Shown here: positions 37,424 to 45,378 of the stretch, piece by piece | How the letters are laid out: each line of letters starts with the position of its first letter | How positions within the stretch are numbered: position 1 is the first letter of the stretch | Origin: a virus | Lineage: Duplodnaviria > Caudoviricetes | IMG/VR virus record: IMGVR_UViG_3300017911_002159 | Span: 55,121-119,120 of that record | DNA: 64,000 bases | Strand: one strand, 5' to 3' | Made by a program: the position numbers and the translations under genes | The notes under the pieces: model-generated | What the model was told of the DNA's origin: nothing | The model's database searches: none | Seen by the model: the letters and a program-made list of their open reading frames with translations, nothing else

Positions 37424-37834
37424 ATGAATTATGAATATATGACTGATGATCAAATCGATGCACAAGTTGTTATGCTTCATAAAATGACAGATGAGCACCG
37501 TGAACAAAAACACACACAAGCACAAATCCCGATGAGTGTAGTGCAAGACGTTGTAAGGATTGTAAAGGCTGACTTTCCACAAGAACCTTATGACGATATG
37601 GAAGATAGACGCCTTGCAATGGCCTTGTGGGACTTTCAATGCATGAAATACGGTGACCATATCGGAGAAGGTGCTTACCGGGTTGTGTTGCCATACATCG
37701 AGAACAAACTGGATTCACTCGAAATTGCTAGAGAACATGAAGACTTGTTCGACAAAGACCGTCGATTGAAAGCATTCATTCAATCATATCATATTGCAAT
37801 GTTTCTGCGTGCAATGGATTACTTGGTGGAGTAA
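37424..37834 (+). CDS. early hypothetical protein
   Basis: ORF in co-directional run. Confidence 0.6.
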   Translation: MNYEYMTDDQIDAQVVMLHKMTDEHREQKHTQAQIPMSVVQDVVRIVKADFPQEPYDDMEDRRLAMALWDFQCMKYGDHIGEGAYRVVLPYIENKLDSLEIAREHEDLFDKDRRLKAFIQSYHIAMFLRAMDYLVE

Positions 37835-37839
37835 AGAAA

Positions 37840-38235
37840 ATGGGTACTCGTTCTTTTATCGGAATTGAAAACGAAGACAACTCAGTAAAATACGTTTACT
37901 GCCATTGGGATGGCTATCCTTCCCACAACGGCAAAATTCTAAATGAACACTATACTGACCGAAAGTCAGTCAATAAGCTTCTTGAAGGCGGCGATATGTC
38001 TGTACTAAAAGAAGATATTACTAATGTTGAATACTATAACCAAATGAGGGGACAGGATCCAGACAATGATGCCGCAATTGTGGATAACATGGAAGTTTTT
38101 CTGGAAGACATAAAAAATTCTTGGTGTGAATGGGTTTACATCCTGAATAAAGATAATAAGTGGATGGTCTCATCTGATTCAGACTGGTCAGACATGAAAC
38201 CACTGAATGAAGTTTTGAGTGAAGATGACTCTTGA
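37840..38235 (+). CDS. conserved phage hypothetical protein
   Basis: MGTRS.IG....VYCHWDGYP...G..L..HY. Confidence 0.7.
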   Translation: MGTRSFIGIENEDNSVKYVYCHWDGYPSHNGKILNEHYTDRKSVNKLLEGGDMSVLKEDITNVEYYNQMRGQDPDNDAAIVDNMEVFLEDIKNSWCEWVYILNKDNKWMVSSDSDWSDMKPLNEVLSEDDS

Positions 38236-38259
38236 CTTTTGGAATCGAAAGAATATAAT
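38232..38259 (+). promoter_or_regulatory. sigma70-type promoter
   Basis: TTGACT-N16-TATAAT. Confidence 0.7.
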
Positions 38260-38279
38260 TGACTGTGAAGGAAATGAAT

Positions 38280-38498
38280 ATGAATGAAAGTGAATATCCA
38301 ATATCCTTTGGACAGAAGATGGATGCAGTCTTAGCAACCATGATTCTTGAAGGTTCCTATGATGAAGCTACTGAAGATGATCACGTGACTTCTCTTCAAT
38401 ATCTTATTGATACTGGAGTTGTTTGGCATCTTCAGGGTTCTTATCAACGAATGGCGCAGCATGCCATTGAAAATGGCATTTGCTCTAAATCTAACTAA
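38280..38498 (+). CDS. conserved phage hypothetical protein
   Basis: QYLIDTG.VW.LQGSY.R.A..IE.G; start uncertain. Confidence 0.6.
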   Translation: MNESEYPISFGQKMDAVLATMILEGSYDEATEDDHVTSLQYLIDTGVVWHLQGSYQRMAQHAIENGICSKSN

Positions 38499-38572
38499 AA
38501 CACCTTGACTAAGACAAACATGTTGTGATATTGTTTGTCTATTGAATAGCCAATCTACATCATGAAGGAAAT

Positions 38573-39565
38573 ATGAAAATGGCTCACGAAATCGAAATCA
38601 TCGACGGCAAAGCACAGATGGCATATGCTGGTGAAGTGCCTTGGCATGGTCTAGGTACTCAGGTATCACCTGATTCCTCACCACAAGATATGCTGGAAGC
38701 AGCAGGTCTTAATTGGGATGTTGTCAAACAGCCCTTGTGGTACGGTAAAGGTAACAACCGTCAAGTTATCGACAACAAAGCAGCATTGGTGCGGGAAACC
38801 GATAATCAACTAATGTCTATTGTCGGTAACAACTGGCATCCTATCCAAAACTCAGAAGCTTTCGAGCTATTCACTGAGATGTGTACTAACGGTGACATGG
38901 AAATGAATACCGCTGGCTCTCTCAAGAATGGTCAGATTGTTTGGGGTCTGGCTAAGGTCAAAAAGTCTTTTGCTCTTAAGACCCAAAAAGGTGAAGATGT
39001 AGTAGATTCATATCTGCTGTTTTCTAATCCACATGAGTTTGGCAAGTCTGCAGACGTAAAGTTCAGCCCTATCCGGGTCGTCTGCAACAATACTCTGACT
39101 GCAGCCTTGTCAAATGGCAAGTCTTCTGTTAGGGTTACTCATCGGACTGCTTTTGACCCTGAACACGTCAAGAACCTGCTTGGGATCGCTGACATGAAGC
39201 TTGATACTTATCAAGAAGCTGCAGAGTTCCTTGTATCAAAGCGGTTCAAGCCTGACGATCTGGTCCAATACTTCAACCAAGTCTTTCCTGTATCAAATCA
39301 GGCTAAGGCTATGAAGGTAGCGGATTCAGTTATTGAGAGCCTTTCCTACACTGCAAGGAAAGCTGTCAACGTCATGGATGAGCAGCCCGGTGCCGAGCTA
39401 GGTGAAGGAACGTGGTGGCAAGCTTTCAATGCCGTTACCTTCCTTACCGACCATGAACTTGGCCGTTCTGCAGATGCTCGACTGCAGTCTGCTTGGTACG
39501 GACCTAACAACGCTGTTAAGTCCAATGCTCTCAAGCTGGCGACCGAGTTTGCAAATGCCTCCTGA
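38573..39565 (+). CDS. DUF932 family protein
   Basis: MAYAGEVPWHGLG, TAGSL..G, PIRVVCNNTL, WQAFNAVT..DH. Confidence 0.85.
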   Translation: MKMAHEIEIIDGKAQMAYAGEVPWHGLGTQVSPDSSPQDMLEAAGLNWDVVKQPLWYGKGNNRQVIDNKAALVRETDNQLMSIVGNNWHPIQNSEAFELFTEMCTNGDMEMNTAGSLKNGQIVWGLAKVKKSFALKTQKGEDVVDSYLLFSNPHEFGKSADVKFSPIRVVCNNTLTAALSNGKSSVRVTHRTAFDPEHVKNLLGIADMKLDTYQEAAEFLVSKRFKPDDLVQYFNQVFPVSNQAKAMKVADSVIESLSYTARKAVNVMDEQPGAELGEGTWWQAFNAVTFLTDHELGRSADARLQSAWYGPNNAVKSNALKLATEFANAS

Positions 39566-39583
39566 GGTATTCCTCCCGAAACT

Positions 39584-39609
39584 TGGGGTGCTTCGGCACC
39601 CCATTTTTT
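39584..39609 (+). terminator. intrinsic terminator
   Basis: TGGGGTGC-TTCG-GCACCCCATTTTTT. Confidence 0.9.
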
Positions 39610-39625
39610 CCCTCTTAGAAATTGA

Positions 39626-39654
39626 TTGACAACTTAAGTTCCTTATGGTACTAT
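39626..39654 (+). promoter_or_regulatory. sigma70-type promoter
   Basis: TTGACA-N17-TACTAT. Confidence 0.7.
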
Positions 39655-39679
39655 ACCATATGTTGAAAGGTGTTATATT

Positions 39680-39949
39680 ATGATTATGCTTAACAAAGAT
39701 GTTTACGACTACATCAAAAGTGCTGACAACGAAACTCTCAATGCAATCATTACACAAATCAATCGACGGCGTAGTGCTCTTCAAGAAGAGGCCACGGATA
39801 ACTTTGTCGTAGGTCAGGCTGTAGAGTTCACTCGTAAAGATGGTGATATTGTTCGGGGTTCTATCCAGAAGATCAACCGTAAGACAATCCATGTAAAGAC
39901 TGACTTTGTGACGTGGAAAGTATCGCCTAGCCTTCTTCGTGCAGCATGA
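39680..39949 (+). CDS. hypothetical protein (SH3-like C-half)
   Basis: VGQ.V.F....G.I.KINRKT..V....W.VSPSLL. Confidence 0.65.
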   Translation: MIMLNKDVYDYIKSADNETLNAIITQINRRRSALQEEATDNFVVGQAVEFTRKDGDIVRGSIQKINRKTIHVKTDFVTWKVSPSLLRAA

Positions 39950-40176
39950 TGAAATCAATTAATCTTGATACATCATTTGACGATGGTTTTTGTATCAAAG
40001 AAGAAATAGCTGTACTTGCCAGAATTTACATTCACGCAGCCTTAGACAAGGCTGATGGCAACAAGACAAAAGCTGCAAAGCTTTTGGGTCTTCCGTCATA
40101 TCAAACACTGAACAACTGGATGGAAAAATACAATGTACTATGCCCAAATTCATATGAAGTCAGATCATCAAAGTAA
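39946..40176 (+). CDS. Fis/NtrC-type helix-turn-helix protein
   Basis: ALDKADGNKTKAAKLLGL.S..TL..WM.KY. Confidence 0.75.
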   Translation: MMKSINLDTSFDDGFCIKEEIAVLARIYIHAALDKADGNKTKAAKLLGLPSYQTLNNWMEKYNVLCPNSYEVRSSK

Positions 40177-40378
40177 GTATTACCTAACCCCTATCTATAA
40201 GACGGTTAAGGAAACGATGAACTACTACTATAACAGACTTCGGCCAACTTTCTATGAAGATGTTTCTAAAATATATTTGTTCAAAATGAAACGTAGCCGT
40301 GGTCGGTACGGTCAGGTCATAGGTAAAGCACACAGTACACGGGATGCAGACTTTAAAATCTTGGAGAAATGGATGTGA
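40133..40378 (+). CDS. hypothetical protein
   Basis: ORF in run. Confidence 0.45.
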   Translation: MYYAQIHMKSDHQSKYYLTPIYKTVKETMNYYYNRLRPTFYEDVSKIYLFKMKRSRGRYGQVIGKAHSTRDADFKILEKWM

Positions 40379-40510
40379 ACTGTTCGTCATGTATGTGGTG
40401 CACAAAGCATGTGATCTTTGGCCTTCAATGTCAGAGATACCCAGCACCCGCCTCAACTACACTTGACTACTTTTGTGGTGAATATGTTGCTAGACAGAAA
40501 GTTAGATCAA

Positions 40511-40678
40511 ATGAAAGTAAATCAAAAAATGCTCGACTTCAACGCTGAAGAAATTCGGCGTGTAGAAACAGCTATCAAAGAGACACCAGAGAACAGCAAA
40601 TCAACTCTTGGGTATGCTATGCTTCAGGCACGTCTAAAGGCTTTGAAAGAAATTGAGGAAGAAGCTGATGTCACATAA
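40511..40678 (+). CDS. hypothetical protein
   Basis: ORF; start uncertain. Confidence 0.45.
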   Translation: MKVNQKMLDFNAEEIRRVETAIKETPENSKSTLGYAMLQARLKALKEIEEEADVT

Positions 40679-40850
40679 AGGAAACGACGAGACTTTTTCT
40701 CAAGCTAAGTATTACATCGAAAAGTTACGTAGAGAAGTTGATCAATGGTACGGACCTAAGAATGATGCTTACAAAATGAAACAGATTGACCTCGCAACCG
40801 CTGAAAAACTTTTACGGCAAGCTGAAAAAATGGAGAATAAATATGCTTAG
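40668..40850 (+). CDS. hypothetical protein
   Basis: GAGGA RBS, overlapping start. Confidence 0.5.
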   Translation: MSHKGNDETFSQAKYYIEKLRREVDQWYGPKNDAYKMKQIDLATAEKLLRQAEKMENKYA

Positions 40851-41052
40851 GTATTATGTACGTTGGACAGCGCCAGACCTTTCTACCACTGTTAGACGGT
40901 TTAATAAAGAATCTGATGCTGTAGAATTTGCTGAAGGCAAAGCCTTTGAGTTTCGAAGATACAGCCAGCAAGTAGACGTTTGGGATAGCCAGACTGGTAC
41001 ACTGACAGCAATCGCTGTTGATTCGCCTGATAATATGATTGAAGGAGCTTAA
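40843..41052 (+). CDS. hypothetical protein
   Basis: GGAG RBS, overlapping start. Confidence 0.55.
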   Translation: MLRYYVRWTAPDLSTTVRRFNKESDAVEFAEGKAFEFRRYSQQVDVWDSQTGTLTAIAVDSPDNMIEGA

Positions 41053-41054
41053 CA

Positions 41055-41369
41055 ATGGAACGGATGACAAGAACCCGTCGAGAGCAATTGATTGAAACTT
41101 ATGTAGAAACGGTAGTAGAACATATGGACTTGGGTGAGCTTATGCTCTATGCTCAAGAACAGATGGCAATGGGAATGGATCATTTAACTGACGAAGAGGT
41201 GTTAGAAGATATTACATCACTTCTTGCATGTGAGTATGATGATGATGAAATCCAAAAGCTGTACCGTTTCACCAAAGAAGAAAATGCAATCATTGATGAG
41301 ATCAATGCAAAAAAAATTGATAAACAGGTGATGGCTACAATTCGAGAAAACGGAGCAATGCCTCTATGA
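41055..41369 (+). CDS. acidic hypothetical protein
   Basis: AAGGAG RBS. Confidence 0.6.
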   Translation: MERMTRTRREQLIETYVETVVEHMDLGELMLYAQEQMAMGMDHLTDEEVLEDITSLLACEYDDDEIQKLYRFTKEENAIIDEINAKKIDKQVMATIRENGAMPL

Positions 41370-41587
41370 AGACCAAAGAAGTAAACCTGAAAGTTCGTCC
41401 CCTTGAACTGGATATGCTGATCGACGTGATCCGCTTCACCACAAACCTCAAGAACACTCTACCAGAGGGTTCTATGAAGGAGATGGATGACGAACCTATC
41501 TTCAACAGACCCGGTGAAGCACTTCTGGCTTATCTAGAAGAGATGAAACAGAAGGTCGAGACACAGCCTTCTTACACTATTCAATAA
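41366..41587 (+). CDS. hypothetical protein
   Basis: ATGA overlap. Confidence 0.55.
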   Translation: MKTKEVNLKVRPLELDMLIDVIRFTTNLKNTLPEGSMKEMDDEPIFNRPGEALLAYLEEMKQKVETQPSYTIQ

Positions 41588-41797
41588 TAAAAAAACTCAT
41601 GCTGCTACGAGGAACGCTAATGAAAATATGTTATAAGAAAACAAAGGAAGACAAGACAATGTTTGCTTTTGGCATGATCTGCGTTTTGATTATTGCTCTT
41701 TCAGTCCTCGTACTTTTATGGAGAGCATAGTTGACTTTCCCTGATCTTCTTTGTATACCATTTGTTATGGTATTAAGGAGAAGGAGATCAGGGAAAA

Positions 41798-41944
41798 ATG
41801 ATCAAACAAGAACTATCAGACTTTGAAGAGATGGTTCTAGAAGATATTCTAGAGGAGTTAGGACTTACTTCGATAGCATTTAGAGAAGATAGTAGAAACT
41901 ATCTTTATGCTGTTAGAAAATTCTGGGAAAGGAGACTAGAATGA
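41798..41944 (+). CDS. 48-aa hypothetical protein with hairpin-sequestered RBS
   Basis: MIKQELSDFEEMVLEDILEELG..FWERRLE*. Confidence 0.5.
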   Translation: MIKQELSDFEEMVLEDILEELGLTSIAFREDSRNYLYAVRKFWERRLE

Positions 41945-42187
41945 ATGTGTTTAACAACATTATTGTGTTTGTTATGTGGGTCGTTTCTGCCTACTTCATA
42001 GTAAATGTGTTAGACCTTGTTTTTTTCGGAAGGATGTAGTATCACTTAGTTGAAAGAGACGTAAATGTCTGTGAAAGGATAAATACTATGGATATGATCC
42101 GTCAAATCTATGGTTTCCTCATTTTTGTTGTGTTGGTTTACGGAGCTTGTCAGATACTGAAGTTTATCATATTCTAGTGGACAAGAA

Positions 42188-43291
42188 ATGACTCCAAAAC
42201 AAAGAGAAGTTTTTGAAAAATATCAAGAACTGGAATCTTTTGCTAAAGTTGCAGATGCTTTAAATATAAATAAATCAACTGCAAGAGAGCATTATCAGAA
42301 AGCCCTTAAGTATCAACAGACCGATCAGGGCATTAAAGATGCAATGTATGATACTGGCATTGCAGATATTGGCAAAGTACATTCGGGATGGCTCAAGACT
42401 GATGCTGCGAGTCTGTACTTTGTCAATCCAAGGGAAGAAGGTGGTGTTGATAACCTTATCGACACCTTCAAAGAGGCTCTTAAGGATTGTCCTACTTCTT
42501 TACCGACTGCCAAACCTGAAGGCACAGATGGAGATCTTCTGACTCGGTACATCCTGACCGATCTCCATTTTGGCATGAGAGCATGGGCAAAGGAAGCTGG
42601 AGAGGATTATGACCTCGATATTGCTAAGTCTAGGCTCAATTATGCCCTTTCTAACCTTGTTCAGAGCACTCCAGACAGTAAATATTGTGTAGTATTGAAT
42701 TTGGGTGATATGTTTCACTCAAATGATTACAAAAATATGACTCCACAAAGTGGACATATCCTTGATGCTGATGGCAGATTCAGTAAAGTCATTTATGAAA
42801 CGATACAATCTGTTGTTGCTGCTATCGAAACCTTAAAAAATAAACATGAAAATGTTCAATATGTTGGAATTTCGGGCAATCATGACCCTGATGCCAACCA
42901 ATTCCTGACAGTTGCCTTGATGATGAGGTATGCAGACGATCCAAGAGTGGAAGTTATCTGGAATCCAGCTAAAATGTGGTGCATGAATTTCGGAAGAAAC
43001 CTTTTAGCAGCACATCATGGCGATAAAGTTAAGCCTGAAAGACTTGCTATGCAGGTTGCAGATGATTTTTCCACAAAATGGGGTACTACGTACTGGAGAT
43101 ACTTGGATACAGGACATATTCACTCCGATTCAGCCAAAGATATTGGTGGAATTTTTTGGGAATCTCACAGAACTTTAGCAAGCAGAGATGCTTATGCTAC
43201 TGGTTCAGCCTATACGACTCGAAAAACACTAAAAGCTATCACGGTTCACCGTGAAAAAGGTGAAATTGTTAGAAATACAGTAGGTGTCTGA
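42188..43291 (+). CDS. HTH-fused calcineurin-like metallophosphoesterase
   Basis: N-terminal HTH (KVADALNINKSTAREH); DLHFG, GDMFH, GNHD, HHGD, GHIH. Confidence 0.8.
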   Translation: MTPKQREVFEKYQELESFAKVADALNINKSTAREHYQKALKYQQTDQGIKDAMYDTGIADIGKVHSGWLKTDAASLYFVNPREEGGVDNLIDTFKEALKDCPTSLPTAKPEGTDGDLLTRYILTDLHFGMRAWAKEAGEDYDLDIAKSRLNYALSNLVQSTPDSKYCVVLNLGDMFHSNDYKNMTPQSGHILDADGRFSKVIYETIQSVVAAIETLKNKHENVQYVGISGNHDPDANQFLTVALMMRYADDPRVEVIWNPAKMWCMNFGRNLLAAHHGDKVKPERLAMQVADDFSTKWGTTYWRYLDTGHIHSDSAKDIGGIFWESHRTLASRDAYATGSAYTTRKTLKAITVHREKGEIVRNTVGV

Positions 43292-43758
43292 TGAAATACT
43301 ACATTATCTGGGAAGAATCCGGTGTTAAGAAGAAGAAAACGTACTCTTCGAAACCGGGTGTTTCCTACTGGAAAAAGAAGATTGTTGGTCTTCTGGGTGA
43401 AAATGCAATTATTGAAGAAGGCGAAGAGAAAAATGAAGTGGAAACAGTAGAAAAGCCGAAAAAAGAGGCAAAAAAATCTACTGGCTTCAATAAAGTTGCT
43501 TCCGTTTCATCAGAAACCAAAAAATCCACAGAAAATCCAAAAAAGAACAAAGATTTCAATCAATCAAATTGGAATCCAGAAAAAAACAAGTACACAAGCC
43601 GAATGTATAACAGTTTTAATGACACTGTACGTGTTATTGAGCCTGATGATACCATTTCCCTGCAGGGAAATGATATTATTAAGAAACATGACAAAGAAAG
43701 GGGGATTTACACACTTACAGACGGAAGAAAGTTCACAGTTTCAGGATGGCCAGCATAG
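43291..43758 (+). CDS. hypothetical protein
   Basis: Coupled start. Confidence 0.6.
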   Translation: MKYYIIWEESGVKKKKTYSSKPGVSYWKKKIVGLLGENAIIEEGEEKNEVETVEKPKKEAKKSTGFNKVASVSSETKKSTENPKKNKDFNQSNWNPEKNKYTSRMYNSFNDTVRVIEPDDTISLQGNDIIKKHDKERGIYTLTDGRKFTVSGWPA

Positions 43759-43767
43759 GAGAAAGAC

Positions 43768-43953
43768 ATGGATTTCAAAAAATTAAGTATTACTCAGTTA
43801 AGAAGGATGAAAGAAGACTGCAAATACAATTTGATGAATGAAGAATTTAAAAACAAACGTCCTGTAGGTTTTTCTGCTTTATATGTTGACACACTTAAAA
43901 ATAATATGTTATCTATTGACCAAGAACTTAAATTACGAGGTGAAGATATTTGA
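43768..43953 (+). CDS. hypothetical protein
   Basis: AGGAG RBS. Confidence 0.55.
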   Translation: MDFKKLSITQLRRMKEDCKYNLMNEEFKNKRPVGFSALYVDTLKNNMLSIDQELKLRGEDI

Positions 43954-44297
43954 TCCAGAGTCGGCCTTGGGGTGGCTGGGAACTGCTCCACAAATCGGAC
44001 ACGTATGCAGTCAAAAGACTAGTCGTTAAGCCCCTTTGCAGACTCTCACTGCAGTATCATGAGCATAGGAAAGAGCACTGGTACTGCGTAGCGGGAAGGG
44101 GGATAGTTACTTTAGATAATGTTGAGCAAAATATTAGTGCTGGTGATTCAGTAACTGTCCCCCTCGGGTCAGTTCACCGTTTAGAAAATATTTCTTCTTC
44201 AGAACATTTGGTTGTAGTTGAAGTTCAAGAAGGTGTTTACCTAGAAGAAGATGACATCATTAGAGTTGAAGATGATTATGAAAGAATTTCATCATAA
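43950..44297 (+). CDS. cupin, mannose-6-phosphate isomerase type II domain
   Basis: RPWG, LSLQYH.HR.EHW, HRLEN, EVQ.G..L.EDDI.R.EDDY. Confidence 0.9.
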   Translation: MIQSRPWGGWELLHKSDTYAVKRLVVKPLCRLSLQYHEHRKEHWYCVAGRGIVTLDNVEQNISAGDSVTVPLGSVHRLENISSSEHLVVVEVQEGVYLEEDDIIRVEDDYERISS

Positions 44298-44742
44298 AAA
44301 GATTGCTGTTGTCTCTGGTGGCTTTGATCCACTGCATCCGGGGCATGTTTTCATGTTCCAAGAGGCAAAAAGGCATGGTGAACTTCTGATAGCTGGTGTA
44401 AACTCTGATGACTGGCTGAAAAGAAAGAAGGGTAAACCCTTCATGGAGTTTGGTGATAGACTTCAAATGGTTCAAACAAATCAGTTTGTTGATTTAGCTG
44501 TAGGTTTTGAGGATGATGATGACACGGCGATTGATCTCATTTATAAAGTCTCGAAAATATTCAGTTCTTCTTATATTGTTTTTTGCAATGGCGGAGACCG
44601 TGCTTTGGATAACACTCCCGAGTTTAACCATTTTGACGGTGATTCGAGGTTTCTTTTCGAATTCGGAGTAGGTGGCTCTTACAAGTATGCATCTTCTTCT
44701 GAACTTTTAGAAAATTGGAAATTAGCTCCCTTGGCGGAATAG
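44278..44742 (+). CDS. cytidylyltransferase-like (TagD/RfaE family)
   Basis: SGGFDPLHPGH, NSD.WL.RKKG, NGGDR, SSS. Confidence 0.88.
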   Translation: MKEFHHKKIAVVSGGFDPLHPGHVFMFQEAKRHGELLIAGVNSDDWLKRKKGKPFMEFGDRLQMVQTNQFVDLAVGFEDDDDTAIDLIYKVSKIFSSSYIVFCNGGDRALDNTPEFNHFDGDSRFLFEFGVGGSYKYASSSELLENWKLAPLAE

Positions 44743-44810
44743 GTAGACGCTGCAGACTTAAAATCTGTTTTCCTTTGGAAGTGCCGGTTCGAGTCCGGCA
44801 GGGAGTACCA
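44725..44810 (+). tRNA. tRNA-Leu(UAA)
   Basis: Cloverleaf GCTCCCT/AGGGAGT, anticodon loop CT-TAA-AA, long variable arm, TTCGAGT, encoded CCA. Confidence 0.95.
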
Positions 44811-44888
44811 TTTGGTTGTTTACGTCTTAGATCAAAATGAAATCGTTTTTCTGAAAAGGGCATTGAGGAAGAACAAAGGAGAGATAAA

Positions 44889-45110
44889 ATGAAGAGATAT
44901 TCTGTTAAAGAGTTTATCAAAGTAGTAGAGGAATCTGACATTGTTTATGGAATGTGTAGCCTAAACGCTGCTATGAATATAGAGAGCAGAATCCGAAAAA
45001 AGAGCTTGCTTAAGCAACTGGAGTCTGCTAGTGTAAATGTCGATGAGTTAGGGATTTTTGCTTCCTTTTCTACTGATGCAAAAGGCCGTAAAATTCTAAA
45101 ACTCGTTTAG
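44889..45110 (+). CDS. hypothetical protein
   Basis: AAGGAG RBS. Confidence 0.6.
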   Translation: MKRYSVKEFIKVVEESDIVYGMCSLNAAMNIESRIRKKSLLKQLESASVNVDELGIFASFSTDAKGRKILKLV

Positions 45111-45111
45111 T

Positions 45112-45220
45112 CAACTATGAGCCACGGTTTCCTTTCGATTCCTTTCGGTTAGCGTCGTCGTAGTTGTCTTAGGGGAGAAAGAGGGAAGTTGATGGTTGCG
45201 CAGCTTCCCTCTTTTCTTTT
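45112..45220 (+). ncRNA. putative sRNA with tandem UUCCUUUCG loop and terminator
   Basis: Stem 45112-20/45158-66; hairpin 45176-45217. Confidence 0.4.
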
Positions 45221-45256
45221 GTGGGTAATCCTTAATCCCACCTATACACTTTCTTA

Positions 45257-45333
45257 GGGCTTGTAGTTCAATTGGTCAGAACCCTCGGCTCATAACCGAG
45301 TTGTTACAGGTTCGAGTCCTGTCAGGCCCACCA
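45257..45333 (+). tRNA. tRNA with CAU anticodon, likely Ile2 (lysidine), possibly Met
   Basis: GGGCTTG/CAGGCCC stem, CT-CAT-AA, A73, CCA; G1:C72 argues against fMet. Confidence 0.9.
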
Positions 45334-45341
45334 TTTCTCTG

Positions 45342-45349
45342 CATAAATA
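45342..45349 (+). promoter_or_regulatory. late promoter variant
   Basis: CATAAATA. Confidence 0.65.
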
Positions 45350-45378
45350 GAATAGATAATTTTTTTGCAGAGGCCAAA

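Noticed and set aside
45301-45378. N-terminal extension of the 820-aa ORF
   Set aside because: Overlaps the tRNA and late promoter; ATG 45379 has a GAGG RBS
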